Of a stretch of 44,919 nt of DNA, positions 9,708 through 18,586 are shown piece by piece. Numbering within the stretch: the stretch's first letter is position 1; each line of letters starts with the position of its first letter. Made by a program: the position numbers and the translations under genes. Source of the DNA: a virus (Duplodnaviria > Caudoviricetes); IMG/VR virus record IMGVR_UViG_3300012200_000009, positions 1-44,919 of that record. One strand, 5' to 3'. A model generated the notes under the pieces. The model searched no databases, was not told the origin of the DNA, and saw only the letters and a program-made list of their open reading frames with translations.

Positions 9708-9980
9708 TCACCTCCTAGGGATAGAGGATAGCGGGCATAGGCGCGAGCATGAGCCACGCGCCAAATCCAATGAGCCAGGCTGACAATAGAGCTGCACAGG
9801 CGATATAGAATAGGCGTTCAAAACGTGACATTGCTTGCACCTCTTCGCAATAAGCACAAGAGCAACGATATACAGGACGATGAGCAGCAGCGAGACGGTA
9901 AGGATGATCAGCCACGTTTGCCACAAGTAGTACAGCAGTTGTGAGAGTGCGAGAAACCAGAGCATGTCGTACATGTTCAC
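9708..9980 (-). CDS. hypothetical membrane protein (overlapping frames, boundaries uncertain)
   Basis: Hydrophobic stretch; a second hydrophobic ORF (MSRFERLF...) overlaps its end. Confidence 0.4.
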   Translation of the reverse strand: MNMYDMLWFLALSQLLYYLWQTWLIILTVSLLLIVLYIVALVLIAKRCKQCHVLNAYSISPVQLYCQPGSLDLARGSCSRLCPLSSIPRR

Positions 9981-10083
9981 ACCGCCTGCTTGCTACCGTT
10001 AGAACCTCTTTTATATAGTAGGGCTTGAAATGTATGCGTCGTCTAATGTACGTTAGTTGACGCACCACTTAAAACTCATCCAC

Positions 10084-10284
10084 TTATATGTCATGCTTTT
10101 CAGATGGTTTGCACTCTTCATGCGCCTGGGCAAACTTGCGTTGAGCGCCTTTATGGTTCAGCCCCATGTCGAGCGTTGCGCCACACCAGCAATGCATGAT
10201 GGGTGCGAAGCCGAGCTGCTGCGTCACATGGAAGTGATCGATGCGTACCGGCGGTGTGCGCCGTTTGAATTGGTGTATCGTCAT
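10084..10284 (-). CDS. hypothetical protein
   Basis: ATG at 10284 behind AGGTG; CWCG motif. Confidence 0.45.
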   Translation of the reverse strand: MTIHQFKRRTPPVRIDHFHVTQQLGFAPIMHCWCGATLDMGLNHKGAQRKFAQAHEECKPSEKHDI

Positions 10285-10300
10285 GGCTGCACCTACACAC

Positions 10301-10344
10301 AAAAAAGCGTTAGGTAACTCAGTATCTTGAGTGTTACCTAACGC
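10301..10344 (-). terminator. intrinsic terminator
   Basis: 12-bp stem GCGTTAGGTAAC / GTTACCTAACGC followed on the minus strand by a T run. Confidence 0.75.
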
Positions 10345-10377
10345 CTGGGAATTCCTTAGCCGCAATCAGCGTTACAT

Positions 10378-10608
10378 TTATTTATTTGGGCGAAGCGGAT
10401 AACTTTCGTTATTGCGCAAAAATGTGAAGATGCCCCGGCGCATCTCTAGCAGCCAATCAGCAAAGCCACCATTGCGTTTAATCTGTGCGTCCTTGTGCTC
10501 ATCCAGCATGATAGCCTCTTCATAGGTGAGTGCTACCAGGCGTTTGGCACCTGGCGGGATGGCTGGTAACTTGCTCGTTTCAATAAGATAAGCCATAGTG
10601 AACTCCAC
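10378..10608 (-). CDS. hypothetical protein
   Basis: ORF in operon orientation. Confidence 0.5.
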   Translation of the reverse strand: MEFTMAYLIETSKLPAIPPGAKRLVALTYEEAIMLDEHKDAQIKRNGGFADWLLEMRRGIFTFLRNNESYPLRPNK

Positions 10609-10648
10609 ACTTTACGATAAGTATAAAGCAAAACGGGCCGGGATGCAA

Positions 10649-11071
10649 CTAGCGTATCCACGCATCTTCCTGATAGCGCATCTGATTGTAGCGTTGTAGC
10701 TGCGCATCGCGCTGTATAGCTGGCATAATCACGGTAACATCGTCAAGTTTGCGTATCTTGTACTTGCGTGCCATGTCGCCCGGCATACGTGGCAGTTCTT
10801 GCGATTTGCAGTGCAGGAAGGCTTTCATGTCGTCCTTGCGCTTCTGCGCTTCCAATTGTGCGAGTAGCCGAGGGTCAGTCTGGGGGACGGGCTCGCTATT
10901 CCACGCCGAATGTTCATAGCCCCATTGCCGCTTTTGCGCCTGTTCGAGTTCTTGCTTCAAGTGCAAGATTTCAGCGTTCTTTTTGCGCAGGGCTCGTTCG
11001 CTGTCGAGCGTGCCGAATGATTTGAGCTTGCGTGCTATCTTGTTGATCAGTCGTTGCCAAAGGTGCTTCAT
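10649..11071 (-). CDS. hypothetical protein
   Basis: 140 aa with GGAGG RBS. Confidence 0.6.
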   Translation of the reverse strand: MKHLWQRLINKIARKLKSFGTLDSERALRKKNAEILHLKQELEQAQKRQWGYEHSAWNSEPVPQTDPRLLAQLEAQKRKDDMKAFLHCKSQELPRMPGDMARKYKIRKLDDVTVIMPAIQRDAQLQRYNQMRYQEDAWIR

Positions 11072-11278
11072 CTAGCCCTCCCCAAAGATGGAATTTATTG
11101 TGGGCCGTAGCTTTTCTGCAATGAGCAGCCCGATATCAGTGACTTGATCGACTTCTCTAAGCGTCACATGGAACGTCGGCACTCCGTCGGCGCTGATCTC
11201 GAAGACTGTGTGGTTAAGCACTTCCCGCACTTTCCATCCATCGGCTTGCATTTTTCGCTTAAACTCTGTTGTGGTCAT
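11072..11278 (-). CDS. hypothetical protein, paralog of 24873-25064
   Basis: MTTTEFKRKMQADGWKVR is identical in both copies, which sets the start at 11278. Confidence 0.75.
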   Translation of the reverse strand: MTTTEFKRKMQADGWKVREVLNHTVFEISADGVPTFHVTLREVDQVTDIGLLIAEKLRPTINSIFGEG

Positions 11279-11422
11279 GCTATTGTCCTTCCCACTTCTT
11301 ATCATCTTCATCTGGCCCGAACCATTCCAGGTAATGCTGGCACATCTTTATACTCAGCATGGTCATGAAGGCGACAAATGCCACGGTGCCAATCACGAGC
11401 CATGCATCTATGACGATATTGC

Positions 11423-11665
11423 TCATTCGCTTACTGCTTTCTCTAATCGCTCATCCCGAATCAGAACGAGCGCATCCACTCCAACGGCATGCATTTTCGT
11501 GCCGTGCGCCTCAGTGAAAAGCGGCGCCGCTCTATCGTATCCGGCAACATGACGTGGATCAGTGCCGAGTAATGCCACAAGACAGATTGCATTTAATTCA
11601 ACATCGTTTAAACGCTCTGTGACCATTTTCACGGCTGCATAGACATGTGGCGGTATTTCATTCAT
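11423..11665 (-). CDS. hypothetical protein
   Basis: Coupled ORF. Confidence 0.55.
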   Translation of the reverse strand: MNEIPPHVYAAVKMVTERLNDVELNAICLVALLGTDPRHVAGYDRAAPLFTEAHGTKMHAVGVDALVLIRDERLEKAVSE

Positions 11666-11982
11666 TCGTTTACTGCTTTCTTCGTTGTGCGTTTGGCTCG
11701 CAACGCTGAGAGAGCATCTTCGAGTGTGCCGATTTGGGAAAGGAGTTCCACAATCCGCACTTCATAATTTGCATTCTCGGTGCGTATCTCGACCAACTCG
11801 GCCAAAAGGAACGTATTATCATCTGCGAGCTTCACATTTCGCAGCAGTGCATCGTCACGTTCGGTACGCAGCTTTGCCTCCACGGCTTCACGGTCACGGC
11901 CCTGACTGGCCAACACGAACGCCAATACTGCCGCCAAGAGATAGCCGAGCGCGGCAATGACCGCTAGTAATACATAGTTCAT
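11662..11982 (-). CDS. membrane-anchored coiled-coil protein
   Basis: N-terminal hydrophobic helix followed by heptads. Confidence 0.6.
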   Translation of the reverse strand: MNYVLLAVIAALGYLLAAVLAFVLASQGRDREAVEAKLRTERDDALLRNVKLADDNTFLLAELVEIRTENANYEVRIVELLSQIGTLEDALSALRAKRTTKKAVNE

Positions 11983-12191
11983 CCTACATTTTCCTTCATT
12001 CTCTCCAAGACGCCTAATTCCCGTAAGCGTTCCTGGATGAGCAAGCCATCGGCGCCGTTATTCCAGGTGTACGGGAAACGGGTGTGCATCAGCAAATTCC
12101 AATCGAGGATAAGCTCCTCCATGTCTGCTATGCGCTCTTTCTGCGCGGCCACGACGCCGGACAGCACGATCAATTCTTCTTCTAGGCTCAA
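11979..12191 (-). CDS. hypothetical protein
   Basis: AAAGGA RBS, TTG start, coupled to the next gene. Confidence 0.55.
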   Translation of the reverse strand: MSLEEELIVLSGVVAAQKERIADMEELILDWNLLMHTRFPYTWNNGADGLLIQERLRELGVLERMKENVG

Positions 12192-12204
12192 TACGATATC
12201 CTTT

Positions 12205-12405
12205 CTATAGCCAAGTTAAAAATCGTGCCAGCAGATTGGCGAGATACGTGATGCCGGTCGCAAGCCAACTGCACACGATATGAATGGCATTTGCAAGCCC
12301 TGATGTTGGTGCGAAAAACTTCACCATTACAGCAAACACGATGAGAATAACGATCACATCAAACGTCTTCAATCCCCACGACGACGGCCTTAACGCCTTG
12401 AACAT
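12205..12405 (-). CDS. small membrane protein
   Basis: Two hydrophobic segments; AGGAG RBS. Confidence 0.55.
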   Translation of the reverse strand: MFKALRPSSWGLKTFDVIVILIVFAVMVKFFAPTSGLANAIHIVCSWLATGITYLANLLARFLTWL

Positions 12406-12406
12406 G

Positions 12407-12589
12407 CTATGCTCCTCTCGTCAGTACCATAGTAAGTAGCTGAATTGTTCCGGCAACACAGACAACCGCTACGCCAATCTTGCGCTTCTTGTCCATCCAG
12501 GGATGACCTGGGTCATAGAACACCCCAAAGATGGAAGTACCTGCAATAATGACTCCACATATTGACACAATAAGTATTCTCAATACCAT
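12407..12589 (-). CDS. small membrane protein
   Basis: Two hydrophobic segments. Confidence 0.5.
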   Translation of the reverse strand: MVLRILIVSICGVIIAGTSIFGVFYDPGHPWMDKKRKIGVAVVCVAGTIQLLTMVLTRGA

Positions 12590-12590
12590 C

Positions 12591-13019
12591 TCATGCGCCC
12601 TCCTGAGTGCGTGCTATTTCTTCGCCAATGGGCGGTCTCCAGGCGCGTACCTCATCATTCAAAAGGTGCGCACCATGATCCAGATATCTTTCGATCCAGT
12701 AAAGTTCTCGCCTTCTTGGATCTGAAAAATCGCCAACAACCTCCAGCGTTAACATCCAGGGCAATCTATGCTCATGTAAAATCTCTTGTATCATGGCACG
12801 CTTAAAATCATTGCCATCGTTCATGAGCATATGTTGCTTGAAGCGAACGTAAGGATCATTTGTAAGCCCAATGTAGAAAACAGCACCATCCCTCGGATCT
12901 ACCAAGGCATAGATGACGGTAACTTCTTCTTCTAGCTTGGGCAATGCCCAAGCATCTTCGTTATTCCGTCTATTTATACGGTCTGATTTATGTACATCAA
13001 AGACTAGCTTCTTCCTCAT
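12591..13019 (-). CDS. GIY-YIG nuclease family protein
   Basis: VIY...FYIG...R..QH motif and a downstream conserved E (RELYWI); start placed at 13019 behind AGGAGG. Confidence 0.8.
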   Translation of the reverse strand: MRKKLVFDVHKSDRINRRNNEDAWALPKLEEEVTVIYALVDPRDGAVFYIGLTNDPYVRFKQHMLMNDGNDFKRAMIQEILHEHRLPWMLTLEVVGDFSDPRRRELYWIERYLDHGAHLLNDEVRAWRPPIGEEIARTQEGA

Positions 13020-13264
13020 GCGCCCTCCTGAGCGGATTCGTCGGCTGCTCCCATTAAAGGAAAAGCATAGCCTTCCGTTAAACAGAAGTCCCACAGATTA
13101 TTTACAAAGTCGCGTCTGACTTCGAGCGGCCACACGTTAATGTCTACATCCTCTACATCAGCCACTTCAGAGGCAAAAGCGTTAAACTGTTCAGGCGTGG
13201 CCGTCTCTACATCAAACGTTTGTTCCTGTCCTTCGAGATTGAAGGTCAATCGGCGCAGATCCAT
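13016..13264 (-). CDS. hypothetical protein
   Basis: MDLRR start behind a purine-rich RBS. Confidence 0.5.
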   Translation of the reverse strand: MDLRRLTFNLEGQEQTFDVETATPEQFNAFASEVADVEDVDINVWPLEVRRDFVNNLWDFCLTEGYAFPLMGAADESAQEGA

Positions 13265-13844
13265 GAGATTGAACCTTCTTCCCTTTTCGGGCTTTGCGGA
13301 AGTATTCCGGGTATTCCCGCCTGTAGTATCGTCGCATTTGGTCTGAGACGTAGTTGTCATTAGGCCATGCTCCATTTCTGTTTTGCACGAACGTCAATAA
13401 ATCAATCACTTCTGCCTCTGTTCGCTGTCTCCCCTTTTTGCCTTTGAACTGCATTTTCTTTGGCAGTTTTTTAGCAGTTGGCGCCGGGGAATTAATTAAC
13501 GCTTTTTTAACGCTTTGAGGCTGTTGTGATAATTTTTCGTTAATTTTTTCAGGTTCCGATGTTTTAACGGGCGTTAATTCTTTTTCCTCAACAGGCGTTA
13601 AACTTTTCGGTTGCCTTATAACCTCCTGGGGAGGTGTCAGTGTCACCGTTTCAGGATGGCTCATAATCACTTGTTGCCTCGGTTGTTCAGGTACTACAGG
13701 CTTAACGGGTGATACGTACTCGATAAACGCCTTTGGTGGTCGCTGATAGGGCTGCACCTTTGGCTTCTTCGGTTGTTCGGGTGAGTCGCCAGGGCTAGAC
13801 CGTGCCACTGGCGGCGGGTACTCGTAAGGTGGGATAGGAGGCAT
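13212..13844 (-). CDS. Pro/Lys-rich protein, probable -1 frameshift extension of 13913-14686
   Basis: The frame is open upstream through the slippery site at 13916-13922. Confidence 0.6.
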   Translation of the reverse strand: MPPIPPYEYPPPVARSSPGDSPEQPKKPKVQPYQRPPKAFIEYVSPVKPVVPEQPRQQVIMSHPETVTLTPPQEVIRQPKSLTPVEEKELTPVKTSEPEKINEKLSQQPQSVKKALINSPAPTAKKLPKKMQFKGKKGRQRTEAEVIDLLTFVQNRNGAWPNDNYVSDQMRRYYRREYPEYFRKARKGKKVQSHGSAPIDLQSRRTGTNV

Positions 13845-13878
13845 CGCAACAGGCTCCTGGTTTGGCTCCGTCCCGATA

Positions 13879-13922
13879 GGCTCAGAAGTGTGGTCTTCGT
13901 CTCCTGAGCCGTCTATTTTGGG
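13879..13922 (-). promoter_or_regulatory. programmed -1 frameshift signal
   Basis: C CCA AAA heptamer directly before TAG, with a 10-bp stem GGCTCAGGAG / CTTCTGAGCC starting 5 nt downstream. Confidence 0.75.
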
Positions 13923-14686
13923 CTGTGTCCATTGGATGATGGCACGCTATCCATGATATCTACAGGGTCATCGAATGTACGCGGTGCAAGGTGCTTCGCA
14001 GCGGCTATACGGGCTTCCTCGCGGCGGCGTTGATCTTCGCGGCGGCGCTGCGCGGCTTTGGTATCAGAGTCCACGCGATCACGTTCATTCGCATCCTTGA
14101 CGTCATCTATCGGGCGCAAGTCACCGGCTGCCACACGGCGCAACTTATCCACATCCTTGATCTTGCCGAGGTGTTTGCGCGTTTCGCTCCACACTTTAGA
14201 CCCGGCTTCGTTCATAACCCTGGATGCCTCTACATCGTGCGGTACGTTGACCTGCGCGTGGAGCACCTTGCCGAACAGATGCGCGAGCCATAAGAGCGCC
14301 AGGCCGATACCGACCATTGCCAGCGCAATTGGCGCGAAGTTCAACTGAAATGCTCGGAACAGCAAAGAGAACAATTCCAGCGCCAGTACAGCCCACTTCA
14401 ATTGATGCAAGGCTTTGATAAACGAGCCATCGCCTTTGTCGTCCTCGTAGGCGAGTACATCCTCCTTCGTGTACTCAGCAAAGAAAAACGTATAGACGAC
14501 TGCCAGGAACATGACCGCGCCACAGGCGAGCGCGATGGTTTGCGGTGCCTCTGGAAACGCGCCTTGAAACCGCTCGCCCATCCAGAAGCCAAAGAATGAG
14601 AATGTCCAGCCGAAGTACAACGCGCAGGCCAGGCCGAGGATAAGCGCCAATAACTTGCCGATAAATTTGTTGTGAAACAACTTCAT
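13913..14686 (-). CDS. multi-pass membrane protein
   Basis: About four hydrophobic helices followed by a charged tail. Confidence 0.7.
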   Translation of the reverse strand: MKLFHNKFIGKLLALILGLACALYFGWTFSFFGFWMGERFQGAFPEAPQTIALACGAVMFLAVVYTFFFAEYTKEDVLAYEDDKGDGSFIKALHQLKWAVLALELFSLLFRAFQLNFAPIALAMVGIGLALLWLAHLFGKVLHAQVNVPHDVEASRVMNEAGSKVWSETRKHLGKIKDVDKLRRVAAGDLRPIDDVKDANERDRVDSDTKAAQRRREDQRRREEARIAAAKHLAPRTFDDPVDIMDSVPSSNGHSPK

Positions 14687-14871
14687 GTCGAGAGCCTTTC
14701 TGTTGCTTATCCGTTGTATGGATAAGGTGTGTAGCCACGTTACTGGACTGGGAGCGTGGCGACTCCCGTTTACGCTTTACACAATCAATATCAGAAAACA
14801 GAGCACAAAGAAGGCGCACACGCCGAGAAAGAGCGCACACGCGCACAGCCTGAGTATGAGCCATAGCACAC

Positions 14872-15111
14872 TCATGCTTGCATGTCCTTCAAGATTGCTT
14901 CCCAATCGACTTCTACCGGCTCTGTGATTGGCTCCTCAGCGTGTGGCAAGAAGCCCTCGCCACTGGCCTTATATGCACGCCTGGACAGTGCATAGACGAT
15001 GCCACCGCCTATCACGGCACCGACCAGGAGCGCCGCGCCGAGTGATATCCAGTAGGCGGTAAGCAGGTCGGGAACTACGTCGTACATCTCACTTACCCTC
15101 CACAACGTCAT
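14872..15111 (-). CDS. small membrane protein
   Basis: One hydrophobic helix; true start may be internal (MYDV). Confidence 0.5.
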   Translation of the reverse strand: MTLWRVSEMYDVVPDLLTAYWISLGAALLVGAVIGGGIVYALSRRAYKASGEGFLPHAEEPITEPVEVDWEAILKDMQA

Positions 15112-15289
15112 TCCAGACGGCTATAATTTGTGAAAGTTCAAATCCCTGGAAAAGCAATACCTTGATCGTCGCTTCTAAGAACCCCATTTCATCTTCTTTG
15201 TCCAATCGCTCTAAGATATACCCTCCAAAACCCTCAGCGAGACAGATGAATGTCGTGTAATCATCAGAGTCCAAATCATACTCACTCAC
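15089..15289 (-). CDS. hypothetical acidic protein
   Basis: GTG start just after the ATPase stop. Confidence 0.5.
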   Translation of the reverse strand: MSEYDLDSDDYTTFICLAEGFGGYILERLDKEDEMGFLEATIKVLLFQGFELSQIIAVWNDVVEGK

Positions 15290-15293
15290 TGTT

Positions 15294-16184
15294 CTACCCT
15301 CTTTCTGACAACTTCACTCGATAATCAACACCGTTCATCGGGAGCAAGGTGATGCGCTCATGCAGCCTACTGATCGTTGCGCCGTCTAGCCACACTTTCA
15401 AATCCTCCTGCTCATTGGTGATAATGATGGTCGGAAGTCTGCGCTTATAGCGCCTATCAAGGAACTGGGTCAAGGTCGCTTTCTGGTAGCTCATATCGTC
15501 CTTCATCTTGACGTAGAGCTTGTCGAGTTCGTCGATTACCAGGAGTGGCGTTGTAGCGGCTGCCTCGATCATGCTTGCCTTGCCCTCAAAGGATGTGCTG
15601 TATAAGGCGTCGAAGAAGCCCTGAGCCGTGCAAAAGAGGCATGGTATCATGTGCGCTCGCAGCGTGTTCAGAATGGCGGCTGCGAGGTGTGTCTTCCCAG
15701 TGCCGTAACTTCCCATCATCAACACATTTCGACTGAACGTATCACCGACCCGGCGAGCATCCACAAAGAGCCGTGCATACTCGCTGCACTCTTTGAACGC
15801 CTCATGCTGGTACATTGCATTGAAGCCCTCAAACGATTTCCCTGTGAGATCATCCTCCTCCTCACCAAGCCAGGTATAGGTTCTATTGGTGCGGTGCAAG
15901 TTCATGACAGCGGTCATCTCGGCTTTGGCTTCAGCCTGCCCGATTCCCTGGTCGGCTGCAATCTCACAAGCGCAACGCCTGCGCATGTAGCCATTCCTGA
16001 CATGCTTCGCTTCAATCAATCCGCACTCCTGGCAGACGTACCTGAGTGATTTCGGGTCATCGCGTGAGACGATGTGAGGCCGCTCATCAAACATCCAGTC
16101 AGGGATTTCAAAGCCGTGAAATGGTCGCTTGCCTGTTGAGGTATCTTGTGCAGGTTTTACTTTGAGATATGCGAGATCACCCAT
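15294..16184 (-). CDS. DnaC/IstB-like ATPase (helicase loader)
   Basis: GSYGTGKT Walker A, LLVIDELD Walker B, RY..R.PTIIITN motif; follows the initiator. Confidence 0.9.
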   Translation of the reverse strand: MGDLAYLKVKPAQDTSTGKRPFHGFEIPDWMFDERPHIVSRDDPKSLRYVCQECGLIEAKHVRNGYMRRRCACEIAADQGIGQAEAKAEMTAVMNLHRTNRTYTWLGEEEDDLTGKSFEGFNAMYQHEAFKECSEYARLFVDARRVGDTFSRNVLMMGSYGTGKTHLAAAILNTLRAHMIPCLFCTAQGFFDALYSTSFEGKASMIEAAATTPLLVIDELDKLYVKMKDDMSYQKATLTQFLDRRYKRRLPTIIITNEQEDLKVWLDGATISRLHERITLLPMNGVDYRVKLSERG

Positions 16185-16306
16185 TGTTACACCCCTTAGT
16201 GCCTGGCTAGATATTTACCCAAGGCTATTGCCGACATGAGAAGTACGACAATCAACTGGCCGAGAACAATATTAACGAGAATAAGATCAACTGGATTGTT
16301 TAACAT

Positions 16307-17677
16307 TTACATCGCTTTCTGCTGACGTGCCAGGAGCGCCGTCAGGCTATAATCATTGCCATACGCATCAGGCCCGCTTTTCGCTTTGCCATTCGTCTTT
16401 GGTATTGGCTCCTTTGCGCTCAGGTTCGGCAGCCAGCCGTAGAACTTCAAGACGGTGAATGTCTGACGCTCGAAACCGCTGAGTGACCTCAACCCCTTAA
16501 TCATGACTTCATCGCTTATATCGTCGGCTATAAGCAATGCTATGCCCTCCTTGTGTAACGCTCGCTGCCTGGCGGTGTAGGTTGTGCCACGTTCAGCTTC
16601 GATGATGGCCCATAGCTCTTTCTCACGCCGTTCTGCCTGCGCCTTGATCTGGCGTGCCGTCATCGCCATCGCGCCCTGCTGCACACTACCTGGGGGTGCA
16701 GCCGATGCAGCAGGCGCTCGGGGGAGAGTAGTCGAGATAGTTTGCTGTGTCTCGTCTACGAGTGGCGTATCTCCTCCACGACTTCGAGGAAGGTCTTCAC
16801 GAAAACCACTAGGAACGCCACTATCACCAGTGCGACTATGATCAGTCCTATCATCGCCTTGTCCTTTCAAGTTGATTGCTGGCATCTTTACGGTCTCTTC
16901 TTCCGATAGCCCTTGACTATGAGAAGAAACTACCTGTTTCTCAACATCCAACTCATGACTATGACCATATACAGGATGAGCAGGCAGATAAAGATGATCT
17001 GTATTGTTGTCGTGTCCATCGCCTTGTCCTTTCACAACTGGCATGCGTGGTTCGGTTTTGCGTACTTTCCAAACAGTATAATCAGTCACATTTTCAGATG
17101 CGGGCGCGTCAACTTCTGCGTCAGCAGAATTGACACTACCCCCGTTATTATTCTTAGTTTCTTCTATTGGTATATCTATAGGTATTCTTGCTTGCAGATT
17201 TGCAAGATCGTTCTTGTAATTTTGCAAGGTTGATCTTGCAGAATTGCTAGATGGTTCTTGCAGATTTGCAAGATCGTATGTTGCAGATTTGCAAGATTGT
17301 CCGTCTGGTAAAGCCTCTAAAGCCTTACGGATACGTTTCAAGTTTAGTTTGTATTCCATCGTGGCCTTGCCGACTGCTCGACGCTTCTCAATGAAACCAT
17401 CTTTGACCATACCTTGCAGTTCTTTATGGATTGTTCGTTCGCTGCATGCATGTCTCATACGCCGAGCCATCTCAGGAAGTGACATAAATACCCATAACTC
17501 TTTTTCGCTTCCTGTGGCCTCATACTGCTTATTGGTAAGATGTTCTAAAATTGAAGTGATGTAAGCGCGGCATACTTCATTGACACCAGGAGCCTTGAAG
17601 ACTTCGCAAAAGTCCTCTTCAAGTATGGTGAAGAAATACCCGCTTCTGTGCTGGAATACGCCATGTGTACCGCTCAT
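16307..17677 (-). CDS. replication initiator protein
   Basis: N-terminal winged-HTH-like segment, internal iterons, adjacent DnaC-like gene. Confidence 0.75.
   Translation of the reverse strand: MSGTHGVFQHRSGYFFTILEEDFCEVFKAPGVNEVCRAYITSILEHLTNKQYEATGSEKELWVFMSLPEMARRMRHACSERTIHKELQGMVKDGFIEKRRAVGKATMEYKLNLKRIRKALEALPDGQSCKSATYDLANLQEPSSNSARSTLQNYKNDLANLQARIPIDIPIEETKNNNGGSVNSADAEVDAPASENVTDYTVWKVRKTEPRMPVVKGQGDGHDNNTDHLYLPAHPVYGHSHELDVEKQVVSSHSQGLSEEETVKMPAINLKGQGDDRTDHSRTGDSGVPSGFREDLPRSRGGDTPLVDETQQTISTTLPRAPAASAAPPGSVQQGAMAMTARQIKAQAERREKELWAIIEAERGTTYTARQRALHKEGIALLIADDISDEVMIKGLRSLSGFERQTFTVLKFYGWLPNLSAKEPIPKTNGKAKSGPDAYGNDYSLTALLARQQKAM
17147..17298. repeat. replication origin: five iterons plus an AT-rich tract
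   Basis: CTTGCAGATTTGCAAG-like units start at 17191, 17213, 17235, 17257 and 17280; 17147-17190 is AT-rich. Confidence 0.8.
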
Positions 17678-17710
17678 AATATCCCCTGCTTATCTATAAA
17701 AAATGTGAAA

Positions 17711-18022
17711 TCCATGCCTTGCCCTGCCAATCCACACCTCACCTCACCTTGCCGTTGCAAACCGCACCGGGCCAAACCTTAACAGCCTCACCCGACCGCT
17801 CCACGCCTCGCATCGCAACACCGTACTAAGCCTAGCCTCGCCTCTGCATACCAATCCATACCACGCCGTTACACACCTCACCTTGCCAAACCATAGCAAC
17901 CAAGCCGCACCTTACCTGACCTGACCTCGCCCGACCCTACCGCGCCATGACTTGCCATACCAGACCAAGCCTCACCGCACCCGACCTTACCGCACCTCGC
18001 CATGCCTTAGCATCCTTACCAC
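17711..18022 (-). ncRNA. NN-GGY pentamer array 1, putative guide RNA array
   Basis: About 60 five-nt units (plus strand RCC-NN) in blocks of 14, 22, 22 and 2, separated by 4-nt units at 17781, 17895 and 18009. Confidence 0.8.
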
Positions 18023-18024
18023 AT

Positions 18025-18567
18025 TTATACCTGTTTCTCCCAGGAAGAAACAGAAAACCGACCATACTGGCCTTTCTTTGCTGGCCTGAAATCGCCTATG
18101 CCGACGAGCTTACCCGCATCTTCGAGCACTAAACGAACAAGTCTTTCACTCACCAGGTCGGTATCAATCTGTATCTGAAATCTGATAAGCCACTCGTCAA
18201 ACATCGGGCGATGACGAACAATACGCGCTCGCTGAATAACGACAGGTCTGCTATCAACATGCCATTCACCCTCTAAGGGAAGCTCAAACGGTGTAACAAA
18301 GATTGACGCTGCCATGTCTGCTGTAGCTGCTCTACGTCCGATCTTGTGGCGTGATGCAGCGCCTATAAGCGATTGTCGGATATTCTCAGCAGGATAAAAG
18401 ATACCATTTCCGTTTTGATATAAGCGGTTTGCTGCATCATCTTGTGGACTTGGCCTTTCTTTTCTGGAATGCTCGCCTGAACTAGCCGCCTCTTGCGCCT
18501 CTTCGTGAAACCTGTTGACGATAAGCGGTGTTATTCCCTCGATGCCTACGTTGATTGTTGAAATCAT
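18025..18567 (-). CDS. stand-alone Cas7/RAMP-like RNA-binding protein (Vipr-like)
   Basis: 180 aa from MISTINV behind AAAGGA. It has an N-terminal beta strand with TPL, a P-x-x-x-IR helix and a C-terminal Gly-rich loop GIGDFRPAKKGQYGRF, typical of RAMPs. Confidence 0.75.
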   Translation of the reverse strand: MISTINVGIEGITPLIVNRFHEEAQEAASSGEHSRKERPSPQDDAANRLYQNGNGIFYPAENIRQSLIGAASRHKIGRRAATADMAASIFVTPFELPLEGEWHVDSRPVVIQRARIVRHRPMFDEWLIRFQIQIDTDLVSERLVRLVLEDAGKLVGIGDFRPAKKGQYGRFSVSSWEKQV

Positions 18568-18586
18568 TTGACTATGATCTTCCTTT

